In this document: positions 57,081 through 64,000 of the stretch, piece by piece
How positions within the stretch are numbered: position 1 is the first letter of the stretch
Layout of the letters: each line of letters opens with the position of its first letter
Assembly (NCBI RefSeq): GCF_000150275.1
Contig: NW_002060945.1
Location: forward strand, 259,872-323,871
Direction of reading: 5' to 3'
From: Trichoplax adhaerens
Taxonomy: Eukaryota; Animalia; Placozoa
Length of the DNA: 64,000 nt
Position numbers and translations under genes: made by a program
Notes under the pieces: generated by a model
What the model was told of the DNA's origin: nothing
Database searches by the model: none
What the model saw: only the letters and a program-made list of their open reading frames with translations

Positions 57081-57243
57081 TGACCCATTGAAGGTTAAGG
57101 CGTTACTCTGTCATACTTTCACTCGTACAGTAGGAAACTGCAGCACTCGGGTGAGAAATTTGAAAAGTTGGACGTGACTGCTATCCTCCAGTTGGACACC
57201 AGGCGTGGTAAATAGTGGTTGTACCTTTCAAAGTGGAAGAAAA

Positions 57244-60200
57244 ATGGCGCTAGGCGATCTTGGATATCAACTAATCAATCATGCTAGGACATTTATCGAC
57301 GGCTATGGCAACAGCACGCTTGTTCTGTTGGCAACTACGATCGTTTTAGCTATTCTTTTGGCCTACAAGCAGGTCAAATCGTCAGTAGCAACAAGAGGCA
57401 TGGTATGACAGCAGAACATACATAGTAGCATATGATACATTTTCCAATCATGTTGAATAAGTTAAGATATTCAATAAATTCAGCGATATCATCCAATGAT
57501 ACAGAGTAGATGATACAATCACTAGCATCCATTAGCCTACGTCAAAGTAACTACTTACAGCATAGACTGATTTTACAGCTACTACTGTATACTCATCACT
57601 TGCTACAATTGTGCTCAATGATATTGCATGGACTAGAGAATGAAACTTGATGACGTATCCAAGTCAATGATTCAGTTTATGTTATTCTTCAACTTGTTCT
57701 CCAATCGATTGCTTGCCCATTACTGCTACTGCTACTACTACTAATGACCAAAGTATTCGTTCCTCCTGATTTATTTATAATTCTAAATATTGTTCTCATG
57801 ATGTAGAATCTACCACCACACATACCATCCAGTATACCATTTCTTGGTTGCTCAATAGAATTCTCCAAAAATCCTATTCTCTTCTTGCAAAATGCTCACA
57901 AGAAGGTAAGCAATGCTGGAATAATATCTTATCATACATCTCTCATAAGTTCAAGTTAATGATTGTATACCGCTACTCCACTATTACAATATGAAAAGAG
58001 TCAAATGTTCAATTTACAATATTTGATCTTTCATATACTCATACTGGAGTGAGAAGGGTAAAGCAGAAACTTCTAAGACATTAGAATAATACTTATGGAT
58101 TAGTCTTACAAGTCCCTGGGTAAAGTATACTAATTATCCAATATTCTCTTTCCAAATACTAGTACATGCATTGTATAACGGTATACAACACTGCATGACA
58201 CTATTCAAATTGATTATTGAAAAGCATTTGAAAGTCAGATGCAAAAAATGACTAATAACTTTTACATGATAAAGTATGTAAAGCTAGCTGCTTGAAAGGA
58301 TTACCGTTTGTGAAATGATCAAGTGTGTTATTGCAGCATCGTAGTTATAAACTGTTGCCGCTATGACGATGATCTTATTAACCTTATCTATGCCACTTGT
58401 CTTATCTCCCCATATATACTCCATATTCGCATGACGTAAAAGTACGGGGAAGTATTCAGTTTTACTATGGTTGGCAGCACGTTTACGTACCTAGTTGGAT
58501 CAGAGGCCAGTTCACTCTTTTTTAATTCCAAGAATGAAGATTTAAACGCTGAAGACGTATATTCACAACTCACTACCCCGGTATTTGGGAAAGGCGTAGC
58601 TTACGACGTTCCACATAAGGTATCCGTAAGAAGAATGATGCAAACTGTGATACTTTGTGTCAGATATATTATTGGACATTTCTCACAATTCTGCATACCT
58701 TGGCCAACAACGTTTTTGATAATATAATCAATAATTGATTGAGAATCTAGTAATTAAAAGAAGTCAACATGTTTGATCCAAACTTTTGTCTAGGTGTTTC
58801 TTGAACAGAAAAAAATGTTCAAGACTGGACTTACCATTGCCAGATTTCAAAATTACGTACCTATGATCGAAGAAGAAACTCGTGAATATTTCAAACGATG
58901 GGGAAATGAAGGAGAAAAAGGTATAGCATTATAACTATGTCCAATCTTTTGTTAACTACTAAACTATATAAAGTAATAGAACCTTCTATCTGCTGTATTA
59001 TCGATGTGTATATTCCTATTGCTTAAGGTAATCAAATAGAAATAGTTACCTTGTGTTCTTCTTTATTTTAGATTTATTTGTTGCTCTTTCGGAGTTAATT
59101 ATTATGACGGCTAGTCGCTGCTTGCATGGTAAGTACAACAAATAGATTTCAATGTACATTATGGAATGATATAACATCAATGCTTCTCTTCCTGGTAATC
59201 GTATTGCACAATACATTTATTAAAAAGAAATTATCATATTCTAGGCAAAGAAATTAGGTCTTTACTGGATGAGAGAATTGCCCAACTCTATGCTGATTTA
59301 GATGGCGGCTTCACGCAGTTAGCCTGGCTTTTACCAGGTTGGATCCCCTTTCCGAGCTTCATGTATGTATCAATGATGATTTGATATACCGGCAGAGAGA
59401 TATAATTATAATACAATTAAAAATAATAAGACAAAACGTAATTACTTCATAACCATTTACAGTAAACGCGATAATGCCAACAAAGAAATGAAGAGAATTT
59501 TCCGCTCGGTAAATTGTATTAGATAGCGATGAATCAACATTAAATTTTGAATGTCATTCGATGGACAGGATGTATTTAATTTTTCTTGTATACAAATGTA
59601 ATAGGTTATTACAAATAGGATTAAGGAACAAAAATATGAAGATGACATGTTGAACACCTTGATAGAATCTAGTTACAGGTTACCATTGAGTAGAGTTGAT
59701 TAATAGAGAATAACATTCGTTAATGTAATACATTAGTGCTCGAGTACTTTAGCATGATAAAACGAGTTTTAAAATTGATCAATAGAATAATTTGGATATT
59801 AACTATGATATTATTATTTAATTCTATTTGTAGGAGCGGTCGCAAACTAACTGAAGACGAAATTGCTGGTATGCTTATTGCATTGTTATTGGCTGGCCAA
59901 CATACATCCTCAACAACAAGTTCATGGCTAGGCTTTTTCATTTCTAAAGATAAAAAGTGGCAGGTCGGCTGTAGACTTAATGCGATGCAATGACATCACA
60001 CATATAATTTCAAATCTTGTTGGAAATTTGTTATTAGCGACAGTTATTTGATGTGTATTAATTAATTATTCGATCGGACCGGACTTTATTTATGACACAG
60101 GATAGATTGATTGAGGAACAGCACGAAGTTTTTGGAGATGACGACGATTTGGAACCTTTATCTTATGAGAAGGTTTGACGTTGAACGTATTATCGAAATA

Positions 60201-61166
60201 GTTCTAATTTACGCGCACTAACAAAACTATAGTAGATAGAATTCAGGTTAGAATTGAATAACATGGCTCTTGGAATATTCCTGAGCGCACTTCTACGTTG
60301 ATATATCGCTATAATAAATATACTGTAATGCAGAAATAATTGCCGTTTCAAAAGTTTGGAGCTTTATCATTCGTCTCGTTCTTGCACTTATGATTGTTGA
60401 TGGCAAATTTTGATTTCGCGTTGATATTAAACGTATTTCTTATTTCATTGTAGTTGAAAGAATTAAAGCATCTAGATCGTACTCTCAAGGAGACTCTACG
60501 TCTTCGCCCACCCATCATGACAATGATGAGAATGGCTAAAACACCGCAGGTGCGAATTTATACTAATTGTACGTTGTATATCTGTTATGTGTCTCTAAGT
60601 CTTATTAAATAACAACTAGAGTATCTCAGTATACTATTAATAATAAAAATAGAAAGTTAAAGGTTACACGATACCAACTGGGCATCAGATATGTGTATCT
60701 CCAACCGTGAATCAAAGATTATACTCGGTGTGGAAAGACGGTGAAACTTTCAATCCTGATCGGTACGTAATTTAATTTATTTTTAACAAATAGTATGAAT
60801 AAAACACTCGTATTTAAATTTTGTCTATTGTCGGTTAAATCGAAATAGATTTGCTGAAGAAGGTCTTGATAACAGTGAAAAATTTTCATATGTACCTTTT
60901 GGAGCAGGTAAAGCCATTAAAATGATTATACATTTTGTGATATAATCGATGTTAGAGATTAAGTGCTTATTATAATCGCACATATAGGTCGACATAGATG
61001 CATTGGCGAATTTTTCGCTTACGTCCAAATAAAAACTATCTGGTCGGTTTTAATCCGAACTTACGAATTAGATTTGGTAGACAATTACTTTCCAGAAGTG
61101 AATTTTACGACCATGATTCATACACCAAGTCGTCCTTTAATTCGGTATAAGAAGCGTAGTTCATAA
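57244..61166 (+). CDS. CYP51A1: Lanosterol 14-alpha-demethylase, canonical (CYP51 copy B); 14 exons, ~500 aa
   Basis: Exons 57244-57402, 57807-57905, 58443-58619, 58794-58920, 59072-59128, 59245-59362, 59463-59508, 59605-59678, 59834-59963, 60101-60172, 60454-60549, 60653-60762, 60849-60907, 60988-61166. Motifs: N-terminal anchor [80 protein letters not shown] and TTMIHTP. Confidence 0.96.
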
Positions 61167-62345
61167 GTTATTTGTTTGGAATAACTTTCTCACTTGTTTG
61201 TTTCAATTGTGAACTTGTCATTTATATCGTGATTTCTTTGTTAACTCACAATTCAACTGAATTTTAACTATAACATTCTATTAAATTATGATTTTAAGGA
61301 GATTACGCAGCAATATTTACCCAGTTTATGCAGACTTGCTGTAGTTTACATCTGTACAACAATAGTAGGGCTTAGTTAATGTGAACTTACTATGCCATAA
61401 ATTTATTATCTTGCTCATGTACAAATACGTAAACCTAGGGTAATTGGCTTATGCAAGTTTGCATTCTAAGGTCGATTTGTAGTTTTCATCGAATAATTTT
61501 GAATTTGCATTGTGTGAAATTTTATTCAAAATCTAAGGTTAACTATCGCTAACTTAAAGAAAGATTTTTGCGACTGCATGCGATAATACTCGCATAGTTT
61601 GTAATAAAAGAAACTTTAATCAGGTATGATGGTATTACGCACTTGCTCGTATATGCTGTCGGGAGAAATTAAGAATAAACTGGCTATTAGCTTTGTTTGC
61701 GTGTGAAATGTAGCGATGTTGAAATTAAACCTTTTCTCCTTGTTTATATTTGCACAATGCACAGTATACAGTATACTGTATAAACCAGTCTTAAGGCTGA
61801 AAACGTTCATAGGAAAGCCTTTAATACCGTATACGACGTATGTGTACGTACTGTATTATGTAATAAACACGAGTATACGCGTATAGCATACCTACTCTGC
61901 AAACAGAATGCAGAGTTTTCCATGTAAAGACCCCATTTAAAAGAATTTATTTTAATCCTGTCTAACGTATGGCATGCGAATATGCTGTATGAGTCATATT
62001 AGTTTATAATGATCCGATTTCGTAGCAACTCGAGATCTGTTCACTTATTACGTTAAATACCTGCCGCAGAGAAGTACTGTAGAAGCTTAAGGGTATACAG
62101 ACCAATAAAAATCATAACGCTACTACTACCGAACAACTTGAGAAGTGAATATTCGATAATTATGCGATCATTTATGATTGTACGCAGTAAAACTGAGTAG
62201 TCGGGATTGTAAACAACCTAAATAATTGCTTAAAACCATACAGGTATTACCAGAGTTACGTCCATTAATTAATTAGTTATAATTATCGAGAGATCCGCGA
62301 TACTTGGCTCTCCAACACTTAGCGCCTAATGCGCACGCGTCATCG

Positions 62346-62359
62346 GTTGCCATGGCACA
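62346..62359. promoter_or_regulatory. RFX X-box-like element
   Basis: GTTGCCATGGCACA versus the canonical palindrome GTTGCCATGGCAAC (first 12 nt identical). It sits in a GC-rich patch next to TGCGCACGCG, ~470 bp upstream of the ATG at 62815. Confidence 0.55.
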
Positions 62360-62814
62360 ACTTTTTGAACACTATGTCTAGCAGAAGCAAAATGCACAAG
62401 TTTGTAGAGAGATCAAGTTAAGGAAATGTATGTAGTTTATACTATAGCAATTTTATAGATGTTATAAACCGTTTAATTCATCATAGTATTTGCGTATTCA
62501 ATATTAAGTATACGGTTTGGAACACACACCGAATCTTTGTCAGTTGATATTGAAGTTTGAAGAGTGGAAGATTTCGTAGGCGATCGATGTCTGTATACAC
62601 TCTTGTATGTATGTCGTATTGGAAATAGCTATAGTAGAATGAACATATTTCATTATGAGCTACGCTTGTAGTATTGCAACAAGATAAGTGTAATGCGGTG
62701 ATATTTAGCTACTACTATAAGTCAGGTAATTCTTTTACACTATAGTAAACTGATATGATATTAAAGTACAAGTAGCAAATAATACACTGTTGGTAAGAAT
62801 ATCCATAACCTAAG

Positions 62815-64000
62815 ATGGAGACATCAAAATCACCCATCGAACATTCAACTGCTTTAAAGTTTATAAGTGATTACAAAAAGGCTGTTGATGACGAAACAGT
62901 TGACAGCTTTCAATATAACGCGTCTGCACTGATCGATCTAGCCAAGGATAAGCAGGAATTATTTGAGGAGGATATCGCCATTATACGAGAACATTTGACG
63001 CGACTATTCGTTACTGTCCTCGGAGAAGAAAGGTAATCTTGACTTTTTCCGACCTTTGAATCATTCTAATAAGATTAATACTGTACTGTATACACAGAAA
63101 ATGATCTAAATTGGTCAGTTAATTAGATGCAATTTATTATCGATAAAGGGCATAATCTAGTAATAAATTTCATCCGTTAACCCCATTGCCAATTTATTAA
63201 TTATGATATCTCTATGCACAATTATTTGACACTGATGTATAACCTAGCAACGAGTGGCAGTGGTCGAGACTCTATGAGGTATTAGAATCATTACAGCCAT
63301 GGAGTTCATCAATCATTAGCCATCAGGTGAGGGTAGCAATGTTGATCGTTTAAAAACCATGACTTGCGTGAATATTAACAACTAGAAGTTATACGTTAAT
63401 AGGAAATTGTTTACATTTTTAAGTCTGTCAATTTTTTACTAATTAATCGTTTTGTATAAGCATAAAGTAGCTAATGTAACATTTTGCTTTAAGTATGATA
63501 AATTTCGCTTTTACTGTGGTAGATAACATACTATATCAATCGCATCAATCGACATATCATAACGAATCCGAGTACTCCATGTGCAACATCAATATCAGAT
63601 ATCATCAAAGCTTTCAATTCGGTAACTATTACATTGCTTATGAATTATTTCGTCTCTGTTTACTCTAACTATACAATTTTATCGTTATCTTTACAGTCAA
63701 AGGATACAACTAGCAATAATAAAATTACTTCAGCTGTAAATGGCTCGAAGCAGGCTGAGAACGTAACCGAGAATGCATCAAAAAGCCCAAGATTAAATAA
63801 ACAAATCCCCGCAAGAAATCCATTAAAAGAAGAAGATAATCCCTATGTGCTAAAAATTAGGGTATGAATATTTTCATAAATTACAATATCATACATACAT
63901 AGTCAGTAATTGTTATGATGTGCCAAAAGTCTTACAAAATAAATCTATATACAAGGATAATCAAAGCTATGTTCCGGATGATGAGTTAAAATTTAGAGAC
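62815..64000 (+). CDS. Unidentified multi-exon protein-coding gene, 5' part; continues beyond the window
   Basis: Phase-compatible exons 62815-63032 (METSKSPIEH...VLGEE), 63248-63326 (NEWQWSRLYEVLESLQPWSSSIISHQ), 63523-63621, 63697-63861 and 63956-64000+, all with GT-AG introns. No family recognised. Confidence 0.7.

Overview
AT-rich, intron-rich eukaryotic DNA with GT-AG introns, mostly ~60-200 nt. Gene content indicates an animal; a placozoan such as Trichoplax is plausible from composition and intron style but is only an inference. Four complete genes and the start of a fifth can be reconstructed by hand. (1) A very large pericentrin/AKAP9-family centrosomal scaffold (+, ~5083-27245, est. 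~5,400-5,500 aa) with two giant exons, ~20 copies of an internal repeat and a C-terminal PACT domain. (2) A divergent but intact sterol 14-alpha-demethylase, CYP51 copy A (+, 33664-47198). (3) A lanosterol-type oxidosqualene cyclase, LSS (-, 49144-54136). (4) A canonical CYP51 copy B (+, 57244-61166), head-to-head with LSS. (5) An unidentified gene starting at 62815, preceded by an RFX X-box-like element. The main finding is a compact animal sterol gene cluster, CYP51A > < LSS < > CYP51B, encoding two consecutive pathway steps. The extra CYP51 carries a plant/trypanosome-type Phe at the substrate-selecting B' helix position and has lost the conserved F-helix Asp, suggesting neofunctionalisation. 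The linkage to the PACT gene mirrors human AKAP9-CYP51A1 and PCNT-LSS, pointing to an ancestral three-gene block. Several degenerate tandem repeats and palindromic TACTGTA/TACAGTA-rich tracts lie in introns and promoters.
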